Below, in pieces: positions 7,651-14,562 of a stretch of DNA of 16,978 nt. How positions within the stretch are numbered: position 1 is the first letter of the stretch; each line of letters starts with the position of its first letter. The translations under genes were made by a program, and so were the position numbers. Below the pieces are notes generated by a model. It was not told the DNA's origin. It worked only from the letters and a program-made list of their open reading frames with translations, and made no database searches. The stretch lies in the UHGV virus genome UHGV-0207004; one strand, written 5' to 3'. The DNA is from a virus.

Positions 7651-8142
7651 TTACACTGCGTTACGTCCGATTTTCTCGGCAACGTCCCACTGCTTACCAT
7701 CGAATAGTGCCTGCCGACCGATTGCACGGCGGACAAGCCCCTTGAGCACTACCCCACCCTGCTTGCGGAATTGCGGCAGTGTAGCACGTACCTTCGCCCA
7801 GTCACCCAGGCGGACCGCATCATCGAAGTCACCGGCAATGTTGTCCGGCGTGATCGGGCCAGGACCGGTATTGATAACCAGATCCACCAGCGCGTCGAAT
7901 TGCGCCTGATTAATGCTCGGGTGTGCGTACTTGTTCACACAACTTTCGGCATACTCCACATCTCGCTTGAGTAGCTCCAGCGCTTCCGCACGGGTAATGC
8001 TCCGCGGCGGATTTGTGCCGGTGTGTCCATAGCCCCAGGTGTACAGGCCGCGGGCCTGCTCTTTCTTAGTCGCGAAATACGGCACTGGGCTGAATTGCTC
8101 CCATGCTGCCGTGAATCTTAGACCGTTGTCACTGAATCGCAT
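7651..8142 (-). CDS. endolysin, GH24 (T4/P22-lysozyme-like) muramidase
   Basis: 163 aa; ATG 8142-8140 with GGGG SD; from memory of P22 gp19-type lysozymes the translation shares SxNG...GxGHTG...NQxQFDAL...FNxG-type blocks; position after holin-like genes. Confidence 0.8.
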   Translation of the reverse strand: MRFSDNGLRFTAAWEQFSPVPYFATKKEQARGLYTWGYGHTGTNPPRSITRAEALELLKRDVEYAESCVNKYAHPSINQAQFDALVDLVINTGPGPITPDNIAGDFDDAVRLGDWAKVRATLPQFRKQGGVVLKGLVRRAIGRQALFDGKQWDVAEKIGRNAV

Positions 8143-8374
8143 GTTTTACCCCATTCAAAACAGCATTACGCAGTGTGCGCAATGCAAACAGCCAGATTAA
8201 CGCGGTCCAGGTGGCGTCAGATACGTCTCCCGTTTGCAACAGACCGACAATACAGGTCATTGCCGTTAGCAGATACAACACCCGACCGAAGAAGCCATCC
8301 TGAACGGATGGCGCGTACACGTTAAACAGGGACGATGCCCCGATAATCACAAACAACAGGACGGTGATAATCAT
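8129..8374 (-). CDS. holin/antiholin-like small membrane protein (81 aa)
   Basis: Track ORF (171 aa) trimmed to ATG 8374-8372, which overlaps the upstream TGA (ATGA) and has a GGGGGG SD; three hydrophobic segments; 3-prime end overlaps the endolysin start. Confidence 0.5.
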   Translation of the reverse strand: MIITVLLFVIIGASSLFNVYAPSVQDGFFGRVLYLLTAMTCIVGLLQTGDVSDATWTALIWLFALRTLRNAVLNGVKHAIQ

Positions 8375-8661
8375 TTTGCGCCCCCCGGAAGGCGGAACGA
8401 CGCAATCGTCTCCCTGATCCGGGCGGCGATTGGCATCCAGAAGATGGCTGTTACGAAGCCCAATCCGGCGACAGTTCGCTCGCCAGATAGGCCAGCCCAC
8501 TCGGCAATCGCTGGCGCACCGAAAATGGCACACAAGAAGCCGACCACGATGTATAACACGAAGTTTAATGGCCCTTTCGTGGCCTCGCCATGAATGCGAG
8601 CGCCAACGAATCCGCCTGCAAGGCACGCTAGGGCGAATAACCATTCGTTCAGCTTTTCCAT
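8371..8661 (-). CDS. holin-like membrane protein (96 aa, three predicted TM segments)
   Basis: ATG 8661-8659; hydrophobic segments WLFALACLAGGFVGARI, FVLYIVVGFLCAIFGAPAIA, GLGFVTAIFWMPIAA; charged C-terminus; first gene of the holin-holin-endolysin block. Confidence 0.55.
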   Translation of the reverse strand: MEKLNEWLFALACLAGGFVGARIHGEATKGPLNFVLYIVVGFLCAIFGAPAIAEWAGLSGERTVAGLGFVTAIFWMPIAARIRETIASFRLPGGAK

Positions 8662-8695
8662 AAAAAAGTCCCAGTAAGTTTTAGCTCACTGGGAC
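8662..8695 (-). terminator. hairpin plus T6 immediately abutting the holin start codon (tR-prime-like terminator or translational control element)
   Basis: GTCCCAGT (8668-8675) / ACTGGGAC (8688-8695) perfect 8-bp stem, 12-nt loop; on the minus strand followed by TTTTTT (complement of 8662-8667) and then directly ATG 8661. Confidence 0.5.
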
Positions 8696-8713
8696 TATAT
8701 CACGCTTGCATAG

Positions 8714-9001
8714 TTAATCGAAAATGGACCACTTACCGACGCCTTTCCATTCCCACCCTTCCGATCGGACGGCCTCGAACATACGGCCCCCGATCATATC
8801 CCGATACCACAGCCACCACATGCGCAGCTTGGTTGGGTGTTCGGTAATGCCGCGGCGCTTGTATATCTGGAACGTCATCCGGGTAATGCTGGCAGCTTCC
8901 ACGGCAGGCCATACCAGGAATACCCAAATAACTAACAACACTGCCGCGATAAGGCATAGTCCGCAGGCCAGCCCAAACCAATATATCATTTCGTGTAACA
9001 T
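8714..9001 (-). CDS. small membrane protein (95 aa), function unknown
   Basis: ATG 9001-8999 with AAGGGG SD at 8 nt; N-terminal TM helix, Trp-rich C-terminal half; caveat: two other frames are also open here, so coding status is uncertain. Confidence 0.4.
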   Translation of the reverse strand: MLHEMIYWFGLACGLCLIAAVLLVIWVFLVWPAVEAASITRMTFQIYKRRGITEHPTKLRMWWLWYRDMIGGRMFEAVRSEGWEWKGVGKWSIFD

Positions 9002-9122
9002 CGTATTGCCCCTTCTGGTTGTCCGATGTGGCGCGCCCAGGCACGCGCCACGAAGTAATTGCGGAACACTCGCCCGCCTATCTCAAAGCGGTTGTGCATG
9101 AGTATATCGCGGATGGTCGCAC

Positions 9123-9695
9123 TCATTTCAGAATCACCGAGCGCGGGTCGATGACGGTCATGTTGCCGTCCGGTTCGACACGGATGAATCCAACGCCATA
9201 CTCTTTAGCGTGGCGCTGTGCATTCGTCACGGCGTCAAAGCGATTGATGATTTCACGCGTTGCCTGGCGGATCGGCTCCATCACTTTGCTCGCGTCGTAG
9301 GCTGCATAGGCGGTCTGTGACTTGCGGAACTCAACGCGCTCATGTGGCTGGCGGATGCGCAGGCAGTATTTACGCCCCACTCGCTCGTAGTTGACCAGCC
9401 CGAAGTAAGCCACGCTCTTAACCATGTTGCCGGTACCGCCCTCCTTGCGGGTCTGCATACGAATGCAATAAAAACCAACATTCTCCACAATCCACAGCTG
9501 CCCGTCGCGAATATCCCGCAGCACATCGCCGCGCTCAATATCGTGGGTGAGTACGTCGAAGTTTTCCGACAGCTTGTCTTTCTTCGCCCACCACACCCGA
9601 CTACCTGCCGCGTTTTGCAAGCGGACGTAGGAATCCAGGGTCTGGATCGGCTTCAGGATGCATCCATCCCATTTACGGCGGAATAGTAATTTCAT
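9123..9695 (-). CDS. hypothetical protein (190 aa)
   Basis: ATG 9695-9693 overlapping the upstream TGA (ATGA); no motif recognised; last gene before the late leader and holin genes. Confidence 0.55.
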   Translation of the reverse strand: MKLLFRRKWDGCILKPIQTLDSYVRLQNAAGSRVWWAKKDKLSENFDVLTHDIERGDVLRDIRDGQLWIVENVGFYCIRMQTRKEGGTGNMVKSVAYFGLVNYERVGRKYCLRIRQPHERVEFRKSQTAYAAYDASKVMEPIRQATREIINRFDAVTNAQRHAKEYGVGFIRVEPDGNMTVIDPRSVILK

Positions 9696-9961
9696 TTGCT
9701 CAGTCTCCAGTGTTTGCCTGCCCGCTCAATGGCAGGCTTTCGGCGTAATGTAATACGGATCCCCATTGGTTGCAAGGAAGTCCGCACCCTGAAATCATGT
9801 TGTGCTGCGAACTGGTGCAGGTAGCGAGTCTGCGTAAGTGGCTTCGCATCATCGCGATAGCTCCAGTACACAGAATCGCCCTCAATCGCATTCTGCGCCC
9901 ATATTCGTATGCAATGCAGGGGAATGCCCCATGAAAGCTGTTTAGCTCGCCTCCGGCTCAT
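9692..9961 (-). CDS. hypothetical basic protein (89 aa)
   Basis: ATG 9961-9959 with AAGGGG SD; Arg/Trp-rich; translationally coupled to the downstream gene; contains an internal TTGGTTGCA at 9766-9774. Confidence 0.45.
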   Translation of the reverse strand: MSRRRAKQLSWGIPLHCIRIWAQNAIEGDSVYWSYRDDAKPLTQTRYLHQFAAQHDFRVRTSLQPMGIRITLRRKPAIERAGKHWRLSK

Positions 9962-9970
9962 TTTGGCCCC

Positions 9971-10276
9971 TTATTTCGCAAGCTGGGCGAATAGTTCGCG
10001 CTGGGCTTTAATCCGGGCGACGTTTGTCACTGCCGTCTCCCCGATCCCGAAGCGATAAGCCAGGCGCTCACGGGAGAATGCCATCGCATATTCGCAGATT
10101 GCCACGCGCAGCGGCTCCAGTTCGTCCAGGCTGGCAAACATATCGTCGAACGCGTTCATGATCGCCTGCTGGGTCAGGATGACTACCTCGCGCGCTTCGT
10201 CTGCGTTGCCGTTTAGTGCCTTCGCTTCGTCCAGCTTTGCCACGGCCAGGGTGTAATTCCAGATTAGTGCTTTCAT
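9971..10276 (-). CDS. hypothetical protein with C-terminal HTH-like segment (101 aa); candidate small regulator
   Basis: ATG 10276-10274 overlapping the upstream TGA; C-terminal RLAYRFGIGETAVTNVARIKAQRE resembles a helix-turn-helix. Confidence 0.5.
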   Translation of the reverse strand: MKALIWNYTLAVAKLDEAKALNGNADEAREVVILTQQAIMNAFDDMFASLDELEPLRVAICEYAMAFSRERLAYRFGIGETAVTNVARIKAQRELFAQLAK

Positions 10277-10470
10277 CGTTCAGTCCTCTTCGTGATGGTT
10301 ACGCTATCCAGGAATTGCAGCAAGGCCTCTTGCGCCTTTACACGCAATCCGGCGTAGTGGCGCGATTTCTTAATGTCGCCGACCATGTACGCTGCGCGTG
10401 CTTGCAAATCAGCTTTGTTCTCGGCCTCAATCAGTTCCAGCAGTTCGTCTACCAGGTCTTCGTGGTCCAT
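10273..10470 (-). CDS. hypothetical acidic helical protein (65 aa)
   Basis: ATG 10470-10468 with GAGGA SD at ~10 nt; first gene downstream of the promoter and repeat region. Confidence 0.5.
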   Translation of the reverse strand: MDHEDLVDELLELIEAENKADLQARAAYMVGDIKKSRHYAGLRVKAQEALLQFLDSVTITKRTER

Positions 10471-10485
10471 TGTTCAATCCTCATG

Positions 10486-10531
10486 TTGGTGTGCAACCAA
10501 TATATCAGTGTGCCCGGCCGGATGCAACCAA
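10486..10531 (-). promoter_or_regulatory. sigma70-like promoter overlapped by two TTGGTTGCA sites
   Basis: Minus-strand reading: -35 TTGCAT (complement of 10522-10527), 17-bp spacer, -10 TATATT (complement of 10499-10504); 9-mer copies at 10523-10531 and 10492-10500 (complement); the 21-mer TATATTGGTTGCACACCAACA is shared with 16579-16599. Confidence 0.45.
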
Positions 10532-10680
10532 TATTAATCACGCGCATGAAAAAGTTGATCGCTATCTGCTGCAACTGCAAACTGCATTTTTCACTCTCCA
10601 TTCTGCAACTCGCATTGGTTGCCGAGTTCATCGACGACCGCAATTTGCATCATGTTGCCGTGGATTATGCAATCCTGGAT

Positions 10681-11000
10681 TTTATGCAGTCTCAGACGAG
10701 GGGGGTGCCAGACCCCCCGTCTAGTCTGAAAGACTGGGGTGCTGTCCCGCTGTCCCGATCGGCTAAAACCCGCGGCAGCACTGGCGGGGACGGGGTGCTG
10801 TCCCGCTTTGTCCCGCCTCAATTTTGTCCCGCTTTTGTCCCGTTTGTTTTATGCATGAAAACTGAATAGGTATGCACTTTTCAGAGGGGTGCCAGATCGG
10901 GACGTCCCGCCTGTCCCGCTTTTAGTTTATGCAATAAAAGTAAATAGGTATGCAGTTTTTGAGGGGCGGGACAAAACGGGACGTCCCGCTTGTCCCGCTT
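10681..11000. repeat. ORF-free iteron array: three imperfect ~75-bp tandem modules carrying GTCCCGC heptamers (~10 direct, 3-4 inverted copies)
   Basis: GTCCCG(C) at 10744, 10752, 10800, 10810, 10826, 10837, 10904, 10913, 10983, 10992 (pairs 8-11 bp apart); inverted CGGGAC at 10898, 10967, 10977; modules start TTTATGCA at 10681, 10849, 10926 and share GAGGGG(TGCCAGA) and AATAGGTATGCA blocks; no ORF of 60 aa or more on either strand. Confidence 0.7.
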
Positions 11001-11002
11001 CA

Positions 11003-11679
11003 TTATGCGGGGTTTTGTTGCGCCATTTCATCGAGCGCGATTCGTTCCATTAGCTTGATATCTTTAAACGCGCGCTGCTCGTTTTCGATACCGTGCATCT
11101 TAAATAACCATTCCAGCACGCCATAGTCGATGCCGTATGCGCCACCGAATCCGGTGCGCCATTGCGTAGAGCAATCTGTGAAGACTGCGACTACCTTCGC
11201 GTTGTCGGGCCATAGCGCAACAGGCGGGCAAACGTCTTCAGGTGCCGCGCCCCATAAACTCGCGGCTAAGTCCTCTGATGGTGGCGGCGGACCGTAAAAT
11301 CGCCTCGCCGCCTCAATTAGTTTTTTTCACGCAGTCCCATCAGTTCGAGATAGTACGAGGTGTGGAACACGCCAAACGCGCGCGGATAGTTTACCACCAG
11401 GCGGCGAACGTTCTCCGCGTTAAATTCGTCCGGCAGGTTCCAGCCTTCAGCGACGTGCATGATGGCCTCAACCATAACGTTAAAGCCATCCGGGTCGTTG
11501 TCGTCATATTCTGATAGCTTGCGTTCCGTTTCCTGCATGGTCTGCGAAAATTCGTCAATCGGGCGGTGGCGGACGGTAAACGTCATCTTGCCTGGTTCGT
11601 TCTCACCAGGGCGCGGGATCTCAATCGGCAGCTTAAAGGTCGGCTTAGGGTCAAGTGTGAAGAGTGGTGCTTTAGCCAT
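11003..11679 (-). CDS. tail assembly chaperone GT fusion (predicted -1 programmed frameshift product)
   Basis: Slippery run GAAAAAAAC (complement of 11320-11328) at the last codons of G; the -1 frame has a stop 2 codons upstream of the slip site, then stays open for ~105 codons to TAA 11005-11003 with no plausible start codon or SD of its own. Confidence 0.45.
11317..11679 (-). CDS. tail assembly chaperone G (120 aa)
   Basis: Track ORF (TTG 11694) trimmed to ATG 11679-11677 with GGAG SD; small acidic protein directly downstream of the major tail protein gene and ending in a slippery A-run. Confidence 0.55.
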   Translation of the reverse strand: MAKAPLFTLDPKPTFKLPIEIPRPGENEPGKMTFTVRHRPIDEFSQTMQETERKLSEYDDNDPDGFNVMVEAIMHVAEGWNLPDEFNAENVRRLVVNYPRAFGVFHTSYYLELMGLREKN

Positions 11680-11692
11680 TGTAATATTCTCC

Positions 11693-11718
11693 AATAAAAA
11701 AGGGGCCGTGCTGGCCCC
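11693..11718 (-). terminator. rho-independent terminator after the major tail protein gene
   Basis: GGGGCC (11702-11707) / GGCCCC (11713-11718) stem, 5-nt loop; on the minus strand followed by TTTTTTATT (complement of 11693-11701). Confidence 0.6.
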
Positions 11719-11748
11719 ATATTATCACTCGCTATTTAAGCGACCAAA

Positions 11749-12474
11749 TCAGGCGAGTGCCTCGACCAGGTCCTTACGGTAGATGACCATATCAGACTGC
11801 ATGGTCAGAGTGGATTGTACCGTTTCCACGTTGTTTACTTCAGCGGACGGAATCTTCTGGAAAGATACCTTAGCCGGGTAAATACGAATTTCACCTTTGC
11901 CGCTTGCTGCCGCTGGGTTAGTGAACTTAATCACAGTGGTTTTCTGTGTGTCGTCCAGGTCTTCCAGGATTGGGCGGATCGGGTCTTCTTCGTCGTGGGT
12001 GAAGGTGTAAGTCTGGACCAACGGGTTTTTCGTGGTGTTCAGACTGATCGCGGTGTTCACCTGCAACGGCTGGAAGGTAGTCGTCTGCTGGTCACCACCA
12101 GAAACAGCAACGTTAGTGATAAACGGGAAGTCGATAAAGTTAGCCACCTTAACCACTTCGCCAGGTGTACCCGCTGCAAAAGCCCCCGCCGGATATTTGG
12201 TCACATCCGAGGTGTCGAAGCGCGCGAGCGTGACGTCGTTGGTAGCCACTTTACCCACGATGAACGCGCGGTTCTGCGCGCGGACCCACGGAGATTTAGT
12301 GAACATTACCACGTCGCCAACTTTCAGACCGTGAGACGCCGCGCAGGTGATTACGCAACCAGTGGTAAGGTTGGAGATCGACGCGGTGGCGTTGGAAGCT
12401 GCCGTAACAGCGATGCCGCTGCCCAGTACGGACCCAATCTGGACGCTGGACCCGTTAGGAAGTTGATAACCCAT
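11749..12474 (-). CDS. major tail (tube) protein
   Basis: 241 aa; ATG 12474-12472 with AGGAG SD; Gly/Ser/Thr/Val-rich beta-type composition; followed by a terminator and a chaperone gene with a frameshift, the canonical siphovirus arrangement. Confidence 0.55.
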   Translation of the reverse strand: MGYQLPNGSSVQIGSVLGSGIAVTAASNATASISNLTTGCVITCAASHGLKVGDVVMFTKSPWVRAQNRAFIVGKVATNDVTLARFDTSDVTKYPAGAFAAGTPGEVVKVANFIDFPFITNVAVSGGDQQTTTFQPLQVNTAISLNTTKNPLVQTYTFTHDEEDPIRPILEDLDDTQKTTVIKFTNPAAASGKGEIRIYPAKVSFQKIPSAEVNNVETVQSTLTMQSDMVIYRKDLVEALA

Positions 12475-12534
12475 AATGAAGCTCCTGTTTAGATATACGG
12501 ATTAATGATACAGCACGCGCAGAATTGCGCCAAA

Positions 12535-12957
12535 TCAGGCGCAACAGCTATACATGATTGATACCACGATGCGGGCGCGGTCAACATCCTCGACCACAGA
12601 ACTGGTATATGGCGCGTCCTGAAGCTGGAAAGCCGCGCCATCGATCTTGACGCCATGCCATTTGTCAGACGTCGCGATGGCGTCCGCCAGTTCGCTCGCG
12701 TACTGTGTGCCCGTGCCCGCAGGGAACACAACGGCAACCTGGTAAACGCCTGCATAGATCCGGCCTTTCTGCTGAAGGCCAGCAAACTGGGTCGGGGCCG
12801 GTAGCAGGTACGGCTCCAGGTAGACGCCATTACCGTTTGCGTGGTCGCCCTTCACGTTCTCCCAGTTAACCTGGATCGGACGCTGGTTAGTGCTCAGGCT
12901 AACCGCCAATTCTTCTACTACGCTGTTAAGCGCCTTGCGGATTAGAGTATTGCTCAT
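12535..12957 (-). CDS. head-tail joining / tail terminator-like protein (140 aa)
   Basis: ATG 12957-12955 overlapping the upstream stop; call is from position between head-tail connector genes and the major tail protein only. Confidence 0.4.
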   Translation of the reverse strand: MSNTLIRKALNSVVEELAVSLSTNQRPIQVNWENVKGDHANGNGVYLEPYLLPAPTQFAGLQQKGRIYAGVYQVAVVFPAGTGTQYASELADAIATSDKWHGVKIDGAAFQLQDAPYTSSVVEDVDRARIVVSIMYSCCA

Positions 12958-13550
12958 TATTTCACCTTAGAATTGATTTCTGCCGCCACAACGCGAACAA
13001 TCCCCGCTGGCGCTTGTTTACTCCAGCCATACTCCAGTCGCTGCGCATACGGCACATTATTAGTAAACCAGATCGATCCGTATTCGCCAGAATCGTAATG
13101 CGCCAGCACGTCACGCCCTGCGGCTAATGTTGCCGTTCCAGCCTTGTCCACTCTGTCGATAGCGCCGACAGCCGGACGGTCGAAAGTCACCTGCCAGTTT
13201 CCCCGGAAGCGTCCGCCGGTGTAATTCTTCGCGGCCCAGCCACGCTGGCGAAATGTGACGTTGCCGTCTTTAGTCTTAAACGAGACGAGCACACTTGCGT
13301 GTTTCTTCTGCCCGCGCTTCAGTTTGCCGCCATTCTTGCGGCGCTGTGCGGCGTTCACCTTGTTCGCGTGCTGGCGGGCCATCGCGAACGCCCTGTTAAT
13401 CTTCCACCGGCGGGGGTCGCCCACCGGGGAAATCTCAATCAGGCGTCCGAGTATTTGCATACCGGTCGCCCGCACCGCCTTGTCGTTATTCTCCTTCGTC
13501 TTTTCCACCCAGGTGGCGATGGTGGCGGCGAACGAGTAGACCTCAGCCAC
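12957..13550 (-). CDS. head-tail connector family protein (197 aa), possibly HK97 gp10-like
   Basis: GTG 13550-13548 with AAGGGG SD at ~5 nt; synteny between capsid and tail genes; family assignment is from recollection, not a search. Confidence 0.4.
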   Translation of the reverse strand: MAEVYSFAATIATWVEKTKENNDKAVRATGMQILGRLIEISPVGDPRRWKINRAFAMARQHANKVNAAQRRKNGGKLKRGQKKHASVLVSFKTKDGNVTFRQRGWAAKNYTGGRFRGNWQVTFDRPAVGAIDRVDKAGTATLAAGRDVLAHYDSGEYGSIWFTNNVPYAQRLEYGWSKQAPAGIVRVVAAEINSKVK

Positions 13551-13551
13551 A

Positions 13552-13905
13552 TTAGCCCCTTAGCTGTAATTGAAACAGCATGGTAGTTCCCGCCGGTTGC
13601 AGTGGATTTGGATTGATAACACGGTAGTCCGTGCTATTCAGGTTGACCAGATCGCCTACCTGCACTTGCTCCGATGCCTGGCATAAGAACTTAACGTCAC
13701 CGGCAATGATACGAGTCCCGTCGATCTCGCTGGGCTTGTACTCCTCGCGAAGACCGATGACATCAAACGACGTTGGCGGGATAACCACTTCTTCGCCGCC
13801 TACGCGGTCAACAGACCCCGGACGCGTCACCTTAACGGTCATGCCGTATTTTTTAATCAGCGGATTTACTTTCCGCTTCAAGCCTGCGTAGTTAAAGCCC
13901 GCCAT
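13552..13905 (-). CDS. head closure / head-tail adaptor-like protein (117 aa)
   Basis: Track start GTG 13914 abuts the SD; ATG 13905-13903 has GGAGGG at ~9 nt and is preferred; synteny. Confidence 0.45.
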   Translation of the reverse strand: MAGFNYAGLKRKVNPLIKKYGMTVKVTRPGSVDRVGGEEVVIPPTSFDVIGLREEYKPSEIDGTRIIAGDVKFLCQASEQVQVGDLVNLNSTDYRVINPNPLQPAGTTMLFQLQLRG

Positions 13906-13906
13906 T

Positions 13907-14002
13907 TTATTCACCCTCCGGCGCTGGTTCTGGTTCTGGTTCTGGTTCTGGTGGCTGTTTGGTATTTGCGGCGATAACAGCCGCGAGTAATGCAGGATTC
14001 AT
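13907..14002 (-). CDS. 31-aa mini-protein with (Pro-Glu)4 repeat (MNPALLAAVIAANTKQPPEPEPEPEPAPEGE)
   Basis: ATG 14002-14000 one nt after the upstream TAA, AGGGG SD at ~5 nt; stop TAA 13909-13907 one nt before the next ATG; fills an otherwise unexplained 97-nt gap; resembles the C-terminus of the 56-aa protein at 7464-7634. Confidence 0.3.
   Translation of the reverse strand: MNPALLAAVIAANTKQPPEPEPEPEPAPEGE
13925..13953. repeat. hexanucleotide tandem repeat (TGGTTC) x4 plus a partial copy
   Basis: TGGTTC at 13925, 13931, 13937, 13943, then TGGTG; encodes the PEPEPEPE stretch on the minus strand. Confidence 0.85.
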
Positions 14003-14003
14003 A

Positions 14004-14504
14004 TTAGCCCCTGTACACGTCAAAGTTACCGGCGGCGTTGCCGTCTGTGTTCACCCAGTAGCCCAGCAGGCCATCCCACCACGGGAAAGACACACCACTA
14101 CCAATCGACGCAGCGTCATACTCCATCGTGATCGGGCCTACCGTTTCGCGGATAGTCTCCTTTCCATCGCCGATCGGAGAAATATCAACATCGTCAGCCA
14201 CCAGCATTGCCAGCCGGTAAACGGCTTGTTCAACGGCAACGGGGATTGATGCGAAGTCTACAATCTGCCCAGCAGGTACTACTGCCAAATCTTCGGTAAG
14301 CGTGTTCAGTACCGGCTTACCGTCTGATGGGTAGTTGATGCGGGGCCATGCGTCAATTCCGGTCGGGTCCGCCGGTTCGCCGATCCAGGCGATGCCGTTG
14401 AGGAAATCATTAACTATGGTAAGGTGTCGCGTTGCATCGCCCTGCGTAATTTCAACGCCTCGCGCCGCGGCATAAACAACGAAGGTTTGCGGGTCGCCAT
14501 ACAT
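14004..14504 (-). CDS. head-tail connector / head completion candidate (166 aa)
   Basis: ATG 14504-14502 with AGGAG SD at 8 nt; first gene after the capsid terminator; synteny only. Confidence 0.45.
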   Translation of the reverse strand: MYGDPQTFVVYAAARGVEITQGDATRHLTIVNDFLNGIAWIGEPADPTGIDAWPRINYPSDGKPVLNTLTEDLAVVPAGQIVDFASIPVAVEQAVYRLAMLVADDVDISPIGDGKETIRETVGPITMEYDAASIGSGVSFPWWDGLLGYWVNTDGNAAGNFDVYRG

Positions 14505-14517
14505 TTTATTTGCTCCT

Positions 14518-14543
14518 ATAAAAAAGGCGGGCTTATGCCCGCC
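14518..14543 (-). terminator. rho-independent terminator after the major capsid gene
   Basis: GGCGGGC (14526-14532) / GCCCGCC (14537-14543) 7-bp stem, 4-nt loop; on the minus strand followed by TTTTTT (complement of 14520-14525). Confidence 0.6.
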
Positions 14544-14562
14544 CCTTTGGGATTTGCGCCGA

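Noticed and set aside
8733-9044. 103-aa minus-strand ORF and 125-aa plus-strand ORF (8724-9101)
   Set aside because: Alternative frames over the same stretch as the 95-aa ORF, without an SD; they mainly show that this stretch is open in several frames, which is used as a caveat on the 95-aa call.
10681-11000. CRISPR array interpretation of the repeat region
   Set aside because: Repeat units are only 7 bp, occur in both orientations and at irregular 8-60 bp spacing, with no uniform repeat-spacer periodicity; more consistent with protein-binding iterons.
11815-12492. 225-aa plus-strand ORF
   Set aside because: Antisense to the major tail protein gene; Arg-rich shadow frame.
13550-14012. Shared 10-mer ATTAGCCCCT at 13551-13560 and 14003-14012 as a possible recombination scar
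   Set aside because: In both places it is just the stop codon plus Shine-Dalgarno (AGGGGCTAAT on the coding strand) of adjacent genes; most simply a reused translational coupling signal.
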